Shown: in pieces, positions 11,265 to 22,063 of the stretch
Numbering within the stretch: position 1 is the stretch's first letter
Layout of the letters: each line of letters starts with the position of its first letter
From: Catajapyx aquilonaris
Taxonomy: Eukaryota
Length of the DNA stretch: 24,836 bases
Assembly: GCA_000934665.2 (NCBI GenBank)
Contig: KZ538361.1
Span: forward strand, 62,001-86,836
Direction of reading: 5' to 3'
Notes under the pieces: model-generated
Database searches by the model: none
What the model saw: the letters and a program-made list of their open reading frames with translations, nothing else
Told to the model about the DNA's origin: nothing
Position numbers and translations under genes: made by a program

Positions 11265-11709
11265 CAGGCAACCACCGACTTTTGTAAGTGGACCGTTCAA
11301 CATTATACGTAAGTCGAGTCTTACGTAGCTCGAAACCTTCGTATTATACAGCATAGTGTACTGGACTTCAAATTACAGTAAAACTCCTCTAAGTTGGACA
11401 CTCACGGTTCCACAAAAAAAAATGTCCAACATAGAGGGGTGTCCAACTTAGAGAGATAGGTAGCCTAACATTGATAGGCTTTTCCACGGTTCCGAAAAAA
11501 ATGTCCAACATAGAGAGGTGTCCAACAACAGGGGTTTTACGAGTCTGTCATATCCCATGTTGCCACGTGTAAGCTGAGTAAGGGAATGAATATATATGTG
11601 GGCAGACCAATTTATTACGTCAATTCCATAGATTTTTTGGCACATCGAAAATTATTCACATAAGTCCGAATCTACGTAAGTCGAGGCCACGTAAGTCTGG
11701 GGTTGCCTG
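11265..11709. mobile_element. Tigger/pogo-like MITE (outer element of a nest)
   Basis: TIRs caggcaaccaccgactt and aagtctggggttgcctg. TA on the left (11263-11264), CA on the right. Repeated acgtaagtc subterminal motifs at both ends. Confidence 0.82.
11376..11540. mobile_element. Tigger/pogo-like MITE nested inside 11265-11709
   Basis: Starts TA+cagtaaaactcctctaagttggaca and ends tgtccaacaacaggggttttac (last bases and TSD missing). Internal direct repeat cacggttcc..aaaaatgtccaacatagag.ggtgtccaac occurs twice. Confidence 0.8.
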
Positions 11710-13608
11710 CATATGACATAACCCCCTTTTCAGCCCGCTCTTTGTTGTTCCTTACGACTTACCAACATGTTGTACGTATATTCAGGGCAGCACAGGGCAA
11801 TTGAAAGGAAGTGGGTGGAGAATGACTATTGGCATGAAGGGTGAGGGTATTGAAAGAGCCATTGGGAACCAACCGATTTTCCGGCTTCGTTCCGAGTCAG
11901 CAAGGCGAGGAAGCAGAAGGAAATTGGAGTCGCCACGCCGTCCCTATACCCATTCAACGGCAACAGGTGTCCATTGTCCACAGAAAAAGACGACTTGAGT
12001 CACACGTCAATCTGGTCCTAATCATCCCGCTGGTTTTGCATCGTCGGTGTTGATGGCGTCTTGTGGATCTGAGGGACGATCGCCTACCATGATCTAATTT
12101 TACACTTCAACACGAGTCAATGTGACGAGGTTATACGTGCTGACTGCGGTAGATGGTCGTTCGAGAGTCGTCATTTTCTTTTTACGGGTTCATGGTCTGG
12201 CTGGGGCAATTTCACTGATGATTGCGCAGGAGTGTCTATACAGAGGAAATGCTAGTGGGGGACTGGTTTATATTTAACGGTTATTGCGCTATGTGGGGCA
12301 AACGTGTTTAAAACGGTTGTACAATTAGAAAAAAAAACCAGATGAGCAATTTCAGGTATCACGAGTTTGACATACTGTCGTCCCAATGAAAAATGTCCTA
12401 TCTGCAATACCGGATGAAAATCTACGTAACTTAAAACAAGATTGACATTAATCGAGTTAACTTATGCTCAAATCCTTAAGTCATAACAATAGGTATGCCC
12501 CATAAGAAGACAAAAGAATATGTATTAGGGTTATAAAAATAGTGGCAACATTGCTCTGTTGTCGTAATGCGACACATAATAAATAAAGTCGTCCATAGTT
12601 GTCAAGTTTTCTTTTAGTCCGTCCATCACAGATCATGCTAGATTGGCATTAGAATGTCAGGGTACAATAATGTTGAAGTGTAATACATTGCTGTTGTCAT
12701 ACAAGTGATGGAGAACTATACATTCGTGACCCTACAAAGTTATATCATTGACACCAGTTTCTTCCAGATCTCGTCAACACTACTAGTCACTGACCTCGAC
12801 CGCTGACCGTTAATGCTAATTTGATCTATGACCGTCAGTATTTCTCTGCTGTCGCAAGAATTGACAGCCAATTTCCCCCCTGTCACTGACCTAAAATTGC
12901 CAAAATCAAGCAGGCAATTTTTGTTATAAGATTTCGAAAGGAATGTCATAGCACCTTTACTACCATATTATAGTCAAATTGACCTTACTTATTTGATTAT
13001 TTTTTTTATTGAAAAACGCTTCTTTCACAACGGACTGCCACGTGGAACTACAATGTTTTACACCGTCAACTCTGAAAAAGTCGAAGCCGGTACCTGTACC
13101 TTTAAAAAATGGGTTTGATATTAATTATAGGAAAAATTCAGAGTATATAATAATTGAGGGTGGTATAAGGCCTGCATTATGAATTCTTATCATTGCATCG
13201 CTATACCATAAGATAATTAATACTCGGCTAAAGTGGATTTGGGATAATAGCAGTACCGCTTCTGCTAAATAACAGCCTACGCGACGGATGATATGAACTC
13301 TGACGATGAAATTGTGAACATATATTCTAACCCTTTTTTTCTACATCATAGAGGTCTATACAGCATATAATCGTTAGAGAGGTATGATGCTATATGCGGT
13401 ACATCGGATGACTAAGAACATCTTTTTCCAACAGTGAATCCCATGCTTCAAAAATTCGACATAATTTACTCGTACTGTCACCACAGCACTCACAGCACCA
13501 CAAGTACGGGCTCTTCTAATTTTTTTAACAGACCCAGGGAATGAGTGTAGTTTATTAACCCATGGCAGCAAAATTATGACATTTCAAAATAATGCAGTAG
13601 GAAGATGT

Positions 13609-13891
13609 AGCCGGCGCTGGTGGTCTTGTGGTTAGCGCGCTCGCCTCTAGTCCAAAAGTTGTGGGTTCGAACCCGGCCGAGGTCGGTGACGTTTCTCCGG
13701 GTCGTAGAAAAGTGAGAGTGCGCCTTCCTTCGGAGGGGAAGTAAAGCCGTCGTCGGTCCAGTGTTCTTGTGACATTGTGCGAGTGCACGTTAAAGATCCC
13801 CAGAGTGGCCAATTTTCCAGGAGGAGAACCACCCCCTTGCGTCGGTGTTTAGCCTAGCGGCAGAAATAGGCCGACGTTAAGCCCCCACTAA
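13609..13891 (+). mobile_element. tRNA-derived SINE with Deu/Nin-like central domain
   Basis: A box TGGTCTTGTGG (13621-13631), B box GGTTCGAACCC (13664-13674). Central ccttcggaggggaagtaaagccg...gtgcacgttaaagatccc resembles the Deu/Nin domain; 3' end gacgttaagcccc. Exact 13-bp TSD agtaggaagatgt at 13596-13608 and 13892-13904. Confidence 0.93.
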
Positions 13892-14312
13892 AGTAGGAAG
13901 ATGTGATGATATGTATGTCAAGTACAATACCAACTGTTTGAAATTGCGGAAAATAATCTACAAAAGGGTTTCCAAGTATTTTCACCATTTAAAAATACCA
14001 GGAGCTTTTTATAAAGTGAAAATGTGGCTGAATTAAAATGATTCTAATAATAGGCCTACGAGATATGGGAAACCTCCGTACTGACTTATCATCATACAAA
14101 GTTTGATGTTACAGGCTTGGCAACTCTCATTTTGCCACTCAGAACCCAAAATTCTTCATGTTCTGACATGACAACGAAGCGACTAATGATTGCATTATGT
14201 TGCAAATTTTGTTGCAAACACACAACAATGCCTTTATTTGACTATCACCAAATGTCAGAAAACTGAAAACTCGATGTTAGGTGATTGTGGGTCGTCCTCT
14301 AAAATACTCTAG

Positions 14313-16738
14313 GCTTACAATGCGTGCACTATATCCTCAGAAAAATAACGCCCAAATCCATTATGTTACATCTGCTCTTCAGTCTGCTACATAAATTCAT
14401 TTTTAGGTCATTGTGGAACTATCACTATATACATAAACATATGGCCGACGCCAGCGTAGCAAGTTATAATTTGAAGACCAAAATGACAGCCTTCTTCCGT
14501 CACACTACATGCACCAGTCTGGGTGTCCTTTTCATGAGCGTTATATGCACAAGTTGTATCTGCACAAAAGAAATGAGGAATTCAATGACAGATGTTAAGT
14601 GCAAGTTCAAGGATTGGTGTTTAGACGAATCAGTCATTTTGGAATTACATTGTTTTGCCCCAGAATGACTGAAAAGCAGCAACACTTATTGAATTAGGTG
14701 GTGTCGAAATATCCATCGATGATCCAAAAAAATATATGCTCATCAGTTTGAGATTTTCATTAAACATGGTAATTTCATTGAAATATGGAGCAATTATGCA
14801 TTTATTGATGAGAGAGGGAAATGAGATATTTGAAAATTAGGGACAAAAATCTCGTAATATGGGGACTCGAGCCGTAAGAAAGCATCTCTCACAGCCCTGC
14901 TTGTTAGCTCAAAAAGGATAATTAAATGTGCACATTTTCTTCAGGTTTCTACACTGTCCACCAACTCATTCTACCTGCCCAGTGGATCAAAAAGTAACGT
15001 GATTCGTCCAATATGGCTGCGATCGTGAGTGTAGCCTCCGACTTTGACGTGCCAGAGAGCACACTTCGAAAGTCCCTCACTGAAGTGCAGGCTTAGTTCG
15101 ACTGGACTTCCATATAAAATTTATGTCTATAACTATATTATATACACTAAGCCATAAGTGACTTATCTTCCAGATCCAATCTTAGCGCGGACCGAGTCTT
15201 CGAAACCCTCCTCGGGGCAATCTTCCCTGGTCAACTCGAATCCGGTGACAATTGAAAGAATCGGGACGAGAATTTCCTGGACACTTGAACAACTTTCAAT
15301 GTTTTTGTTTATCCGAAAATCTGCGTCGACATTTTCCCTTAATTTTTGTATGACATTCAAGACAGCCTCCATACAGATTTTGTGTGCCACTCTGTACTCG
15401 TGGGCTATACAGGGTGTTTATTGTAACTCTGCAAAGACTTTCAGAGGTAATAGAGGGGACCAAGACAAGCATTTTTGACATAGGAACCCGTGTCCGGAAA
15501 CGCCATCTAGAGGGGGTTCATAGACAAGGAACGGGTGCTCTCAGACGCTTCAGGCGAGAGGCGCTAGTCGAGCGGACTGTTTTGTTCGTAGATGGCGCAC
15601 AGTTGTTGCCAGGTAATGGCGTATCGCGTCGTTGTAAGTAAACAACAACACGATACCCCATAACCTGGCAACAACAGAACCGCTGTTGACTATCCGCGAG
15701 TCTCCTAGGAGGCGGACTTTAGTTTCTAGATGGCTCTGTTGTTGCCACGTTATGACACATCGCATCGTTGGTTACTATCCGAGTGCCATCTATCAACAAA
15801 ACAGTCCGCTCGCCTAGCGCCTCTCGCCTGACGCGTCCGAGCGCACCCGTTCCTTGTCTATGAACCCCCTCTAGATGGCGTTTCCGGACACGGGTTCCGA
15901 TGTCAAAAATGCTTGTCTTGGTCCCCTCTATTACCCATGAAAGTCTTTGCAGAGTTACAATAAACACCCTGTATAGTGCAGGTGTATACTTCTAGATGGC
16001 AAATTATTATTAATAGCTTATTGGCATAATATGTATGAGCTTTTGCAGAAATTCAGTGTGAAGAGATTCTTTCGTTGTTGCATCCAATAACAATCTAAAG
16101 CCAGTAACATGCTACAGCTCGATAGTTATATGTGCGAAATATTTGCACATTTTGAAATTATAACACAAGCCTCTTAGCAAAGTTACTATTAGGATAAGAG
16201 TCACTTACGTAAATAAGCCTATATCAACTGACAATAATTGTCCTCTCCTCCTATTTAATTCAACAAAATCCCCACATTTGGGTCAGTTGAAACGTCACTA
16301 ATACGCCTCATCATTTCGCATGACCTACACCCTCTAATAGTCGGCAAGCTAAACAACTCTCTAACCACCAAGTAGGCCTACCTGCTGGTGTCGTGTAAGA
16401 GAGTCGCCTATTTGTAAACGTTGATCATGGAGCGGACCTGCCTGCTTAGCACAGATGATTTGCCTAATTATGACCAGCCACGTGCTGGGTTACAATGCAC
16501 CATTGACTCGAAAATGACGGTAGCGCACTCGTCCCCATACTCCAAAGATGATAATTTTCTCCACCACAATTTTCTCATTGTTGCTAATGATGATGATGCC
16601 ACTGCCCAAAATGAATATAATAGAGCAGAAATCATACGAATCAGGTCCCCCTCAAGAAGTGTGTCTTTAACCATCAGACGAATAGAAAAGCAGGCCAGTG
16701 TGCCTATCCCCCCCTCTATATTTTATCACGCTGGCTAA
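14313..16738 (+). pseudogene. Decayed multi-exon gene, tentatively RNase III-like plus dsRBD-like
   Basis: Pyrimidine-rich acceptors end at 14944, 15173 and 16048; donors at 15091 (GC) and 15982 (GT); short AT-rich introns. Low-stop frames at 14324-14668, 15175-15981 (after MITE removal), 16049-16183 and 16265-16738. Motif ADRVFETLLGAIF at 15187-15225. Several in-frame stops and at least one phase mismatch. Confidence 0.5.
15410..15971. mobile_element. 562-bp MITE with about 190-bp TIRs, CAGGGTG/TA family
   Basis: cagggtgtttattgtaactctgcaaagactttca... pairs with ...tgaaagtctttgcagagttacaataaacaccctg. TA at 15408-15409 and 15972-15973. Extra internal hairpin at 15602-15675. Confidence 0.95.
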
Positions 16739-17810
16739 CTCCATTGACACTACTAGTGTCCCCCTCACCCTCATCCAACCCCCTCATAAGATTATTGGCA
16801 CGTGGGGCACCCCTCTTGACAAGGACTATTGTTTTCCAAAAGCACCTTGGGTAATTTCCCCGGCCCTGGAAACCCCCTGTGCAAACAAGCGTGTATCGTG
16901 TTCCCTATGGGAGGGTTAGACTCGACTTTTCAATACGCTAAATTACGGAGTCATTTTCTGCTCGGCTTGTCTGCTCAATTCTGCAACTAAATTCGGTCGT
17001 TCTGTTCTGGCCAATTTACCTTTTCAGCCATATTCTTCCGGGGGGGGGATCCCATAAGATGGTGGACCCCGCGCGGACAAGATCACGTGCCGTCATCAGT
17101 ATGGTCTGCTCACTCATCTGAAAATATGGTAGAAAACCAATGGCTATGAAATTTTATTAATGTTCAACATACAGGACCATAGCCATTCCGCTTGGCCGGA
17201 ATAAATCTGGGACTTCGCCAGGAAAGAAAATGTTGCGGGCTTCCGGTTTGCTTTTCTAGCCTGCTCATCAGAATTATTTGAATGGGGAGCAAATAAGGGC
17301 GAAAACTGCAAATATGCACATTTAGCAGGATAAAGCAGCATGGTATGGGAACTAAAACTTTTCACGGTTTTACATAAGGCGAGTAAGGAAAGTTTGTTCC
17401 TTTTCAGTCTTTTCTGAATTTTGCTGTCGAAAGAGGAGGAGTGGGAACAGCCATAATGACATATTCCTCTTTCTTATAAAGCAACGTTAACCAGATAAAT
17501 AATTTGTCTGACACTTACGCTTGGTTCACTAAGATTTTTGGTACAAATTATGCTTGAAAAGTGGCTAGTATTGCAAACAGAGCTGAAATATTGGGGTCAA
17601 AATGTTGCAAATTTGCAATTTTTTCAAGTTACAAATGGCTATTGAAGGGCCTACAAACCTGCAAATTTTTAATTTCCATTTTTATGGCATTTGTAGATGA
17701 CAGTTTATTTTTTTGAGCCACATATTGTTCACTAATACTGACATTTAATTAACTTTATGATGGTTCAAGTCATATTACTCTACCATACGACCAGGAGGTT
17801 GTGATGAATA

Positions 17811-18328
17811 CAGGGTGTTCCAAGTCCGTGGGTCGCTTTTGGTTATCACTGATATCGTCCGAAGTAGTTATTTTTGCGTATAGCTTGTTGTGCCTCAGTA
17901 CAGCGCTGGACATTAATTCCGTCATACTGCTAGCGACATTTTCCGATGCGGCAGACGTGCAAATCGAAGTGATAGAGTGCGAGCCGTGCGAGTAAGAAAT
18001 GGTAGCCCTTGGGTGATGGCACTGGCTGGGGGACAACCCTTTTCTCCATTGCCCTTCAGCCGGTGACGTCACTCAAGGCCTACCCCTTCTTACTCGCACG
18101 GCTCACACTCTATCACTTCGATTTGCACTTCTGCCGCATCAGAAAATGTCGCAAGCAGATGACGCGATTAATGTCCAACACTGTACTATTAGGTGCTCGA
18201 ATGTAGCAGTGGCTATATAACAGGGCAACTAATTAGGGGCACAACAAGCTACAAAAAATAACAATTTTGAGCGAAATTTCTTATAACCGTAACTATTATA
18301 AAATGCCCCACGAACTTGGAACACCCTA
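17811..18328. mobile_element. Branched palindromic MITE, CAGGGTG/TA family
   Basis: TIRs cagggtgttccaagtccgtggg and cccacgaacttggaacacccta. TA at 17809-17810 and 18329-18330. Inner stem about 17897-18037 pairs with about 18048-18187, with a side hairpin at about 18189-18236. Confidence 0.9.
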
Positions 18329-18381
18329 TACATGGATAAATAATAATCAAATTTAAAAACCCATCACATCGAATATTTTTA

Positions 18382-18952
18382 CCGTATTACCTCACATAAA
18401 GCGGCATGCCGGTATAAAACGAGGTCGCCCAGCATGCCGGTATAACCCGGGGGGGGGGGGTGGCCGGCATGCCGCAATAACCGAGGTAGATTTTTGTAAT
18501 TTTGATCTTTTCCAGATTTTTTGGAATGCTTCTGGTACCATACTAAAATAATGTTACAATGAAAATGGGCGAGTGTACAGGCTGTGAGAATATGTCAGTT
18601 CTGTTGCACAGTACATTTAAAAAATGTAGAGTGTATGGCCAATCCCATCGTCAGCATGCTTTGACATAATTATACTGTTTAAATAGAGATTATTGCCAAT
18701 TGAAAACAATATATGGTATTGGATATGGTACCCTATTTGGAAAATGCGCCTTTTCGATAGCATTTACGCGAATTTCAATTTTCAGGCATATTTTAAGTTC
18801 AGAAAGAATAATGTAACTTACGTGAAAACCTCATCTTACACCGGCATACCTCGCCCTATACCGGCATGCCGGTATAGCCACCAGATCGTGCATTTCTAAA
18901 AACTGGTCGACCTCGGCTACACCGGCATGCCGCTTTATGTGAGGTAATACAG
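18382..18952. mobile_element. MITE with CCGTA termini (Tc2/pogo-like), TA TSD
   Basis: ccgtattacctcacataaagcggcatgccggt pairs with accggcatgccgctttatgtgaggtaatacag. TA at 18380-18381 and 18953-18954. Three copies of the (cc)ggcatgccgg motif near each end. Confidence 0.9.
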
Positions 18953-19949
18953 TATAATGTGTCAGGATTAATTTGACTGCCATCAACGAACCCAAAAATA
19001 GCCAGGTCAGATGTGATGATCCTCAATTTCACCAGGGTTCATAACACCCTGGTCGTACAGTATAGTTCGCGAAACAAAAATCTATAAATATGATGGTGAT
19101 GACGCCATGGTAGTTATGCCATAAAAATAAGGACTTATATGACCGTATGCTTAGACCACCAGCAGCCATGCCACACAGTAGCCAGATGTGGAAGACGATA
19201 TCACTTGTCAAGCCCTAACCGATAAGATCAGACGTTTGGCTCATGTCTCCGCAATAGGAATTTTAAACTTTCATTCCATTCGGGCTGTACAGCCCCAACC
19301 TCCACAACTCTATTAGTACGCTTGAGCAGGTATACGGTATTTGGAGACGGAGGCAGGCTTGGTTGCATAAAAGAGAAGCCAAACTTGCTTCCTCATTGGT
19401 GCATTCTAGCCTACAAATGTCGATATCGATTCCCGTAAACCAACCCAACTTCATGTTGATAAAAGCTAAACCCCCACCCACATGCCTCAAAATATTCTCC
19501 ACCCTACCCCACCCTTACCCCCATGGCGTGTAAACATTTAAAGAATCTTATAAATCTTGCAAGCATCTACATAAATTAGCATGGTGGAGCTCCCTAGGAA
19601 TTGACATGATTATGGAAGGGCACATGAAGAATAAGTAGATGGCTCAGCGTTTCCAGGCTTGTAGAATGAAACAAAATGAAGGGCTGTAGTTCTAGACAAT
19701 TCGCAATATACTGTAAGCTCATCACTCACCCGTTACGACAATCACGGTCTCCAAGGGTAAGAGAGAAAAAAAAGGTAATAAAATTACGATTTGTACGACC
19801 CAAGCCTTAGATCAGGCTGCATATCCCATCATTCCCTTTTTATGCATGAGCACTCACCAACGCCACTTTTTATCCTAATTGAATGTTCTTGGATTGAAAA
19901 CTATTGATCTCCAGCCCCCAATTTCTCCTGTTTTGGTCAGGGGCATGCA

Positions 19950-21363
19950 GAAATTGGCCTTTCATTCATGCGGTACACTGCTGCCCCATTCAAATTGGTC
20001 GAAATTGACAAAACGCCGCTTGTTTTCAATTCATCGTGAGATCTGGTCGTGGTATCATTTCGAACTACTTCGTATGCAAATAGTTCTGAGCTCCCCCCCC
20101 CCCCCCCCTACNAACTGTGGAAAATTACTTCATGCCCTTATTCAGAATATCTCATGATTATTACTTGACACTGTTGTAACCTATAAGGTAGACCCTCAAA
20201 ATAAACATAATTATCAAGTATGGTGTGGCAACGAATCAAATATTGAACAACCGCTCGTGGATTGTTTTTGGTCGTATGAAATAATAAGTGTCATGAAAAC
20301 CTACATATACATCATACAGTATATACACAAGTTGCAATCTTCGAAGGAACAATCGTATGAAGGACATTTGACGTGCAGAACAATCCGAATCATGTTTGGG
20401 TAAAAATATTAAAGGCAATTTTAGCTTTTACAACAGAGTAGCATTTATAATGGCTATTAAAGTTTTTTGCCAGAACAGAGTCACTTAAATATATATTTTA
20501 AAATTGGTTCCAACAAAATGGATAGACCTAATGCAATCGTCAAACTCATGCAGTGCATGTCAGGTCTTCATATGTGCACCTTTAAGTTGTATACAGTTCA
20601 ATGGCTATTACTGACTAAAAGTGTTTCCAGCATATAAAAACTAGTCATTAGGTTCATTGTATGCTATGGAAATATTCCGGTTGACAGAGCAGTGCTTGTG
20701 TAAATGACTGTGTAAATGGACTCCATCAGCTGTGACACTTTCACCCCCCGTGTTTAATTATGTGTGAAAGGTGAGTCTACACTAGCTTTAGTTCTCTATT
20801 GTCCATCATTCTTAAAAGTCAGCTCTGATCACGGGCTCTGGTCATCGCCTTATCTGAATGTCCTACCCACTCCGGATCACCCACCTCGATAACTGAATGC
20901 GATAAGGGTCTCGGAAAAACTCGGGGTTGGGTCATGCCATGCCTTGCTTATACAAGTACAACAATTTCCAAGGTATGTGTCAAATGTATGGCATGTGACA
21001 ACTCCGCGTCTTTTCGACCGTCATATCGCACTCAGTTATCGCGGTGGGCAATTCAAATTGGGTAGGATTCAGCAAAAGCAGTAGATTGGAGTTGCCTTTA
21101 ATAGAAAGAGGGACAATAATACGATTCCTAAACAATCTGAACCGAAACTGGCAGGATATTAGCGTGAACTGTGACTGTAGCACTATACTGGAGAAATTTG
21201 AAAGTTGACCAAGTATATTACTCAATCGTGTACTAGTTTTCCCGCAGGTATCAAAAATTGACACAAATCCTTGCTCTGAATGCCCAAAAAGCGAGTAGAG
21301 CGATAGTGTTTTATGGAAGTAGCTCCATAATATTCGAATTTGGGTTGTCGCGACACATGTCAT
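19950..21363 (-). mobile_element. Ancient non-LTR retrotransposon RT relic (L2/CR1/Crack-like group, tentative)
   Basis: Collinear minus-strand motifs: RIIVPLSIKGN (like IIVPxxKKGD; ORF 20980-21363), LYDVYVGFHDTYYFI...ERLFNI (like LYxxFVDFxKAYDSI...KL; ORF 20236-20418), YNSVK, and SELFAY...ND near 20050-20090. Interrupted and full of stops. Confidence 0.45.
20854..21072. repeat. Old diverged inverted repeat (probable MITE core)
   Basis: cccacctcgataactgaatgcgata...gttgggtcatgccat (20880-20940) matches the reverse complement of atggcatgtgacaac...tatcgcactcagttatcgcggtggg (20988-21048). Extends to ctgaat..cctaccca / tgggtaggattcag. Confidence 0.75.
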
Positions 21364-21946
21364 ATTGACTTGATATTGGCGAAAAGAGGGGACATGAAAA
21401 CATTGTAAATGAGTTGATAATATACAAATTACTCAGTAATTTACAATGCAGTTGTGTAGTCACAACTAAACCAAAAATCTTGGTAATAATATATTAAGTC
21501 AATAATAATATATTTCTATAATATGAATGGCTCGTGTTCCCCTTGTCGGTATAAAGCATCTGGCACTAAATTATTATTACGACAAATTTAAATATTTGAA
21601 TAGCTGTAAAGAGCGATAAGCCTGTATGGTCCGGAACAGCACATATGCCAAAACTAATAAGGTAAAACGTATGGCAGCGCCAATTTTTTGCACTTAGACT
21701 TTGAATTAGCGACAGCTTGAGCTGCAATATATCAGTCCAGGTGTTGCAAATTTTCATATGTGGGGGGGGGGGGGGGGGCCNGGGGGGGCTCAAATGGACT
21801 TAGCCTATGTGGTTGGGACGTGCAGGGATATTAGGGATATAGTCTATAAAAATGGAAGATTGCTCTCGATTGTCCATTAAAAAGGACATTTAATAAAACT
21901 GATAATTGCGCCCTAATGTTTGCTCATAGTGTGATATCCGTTATAA

Positions 21947-22063
21947 TGAGCACGTTGATCAACTCCGCGGCTGCCACAGCAGGAAGTAAATAAGTCATTG
22001 TTGAAAAATTGATGGATATTATTTCAAACAATGACAGCCGCTGAGTTTATAGCAACGTGCTCA
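21947..22063. repeat. Diverged inverted repeat with a one-arm insertion
   Basis: tgagcacgttgatcaactccgcggctg pairs with cagccgctgagtttatagcaacgtgctca; inner gtcattgttgaaa pairs with tttcaaacaatgac; about 20 extra bp on the left arm. Confidence 0.75.

Noticed and set aside
6670..13680. tRNA genes at 6744-6670 (-) and 13610-13680 (+)
   Set aside because: A and B boxes are present, but they continue into SINE bodies with tails and TSDs, so they are SINE heads.
15028..15080. SVASDFDVPESTLRKSL as a pipsqueak HTH of a pogo transposase
   Set aside because: No transposase-like sequence follows and the segment lies between splice signals. Kept only as an alternative to the RNase III reading.
14300..16720. 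Alternative minus-strand gene model using ORFs 16468-16674, 15163-15390 and 14500-14685
   Set aside because: It is partly phase-consistent. However, the 15163-15390 ORF is the in-register antisense of the + frame, and its donor would be non-canonical (ataagt). The AT-rich gaps and acceptor tracts fit the + strand better. Disfavoured, not excluded.
20687..20972. Apparent + strand exons with strong donors (20771, 20973) and a sushi-like WSSP motif
   Set aside because: Both contain stops, and most of the second is one arm of the 20854-21072 inverted repeat.
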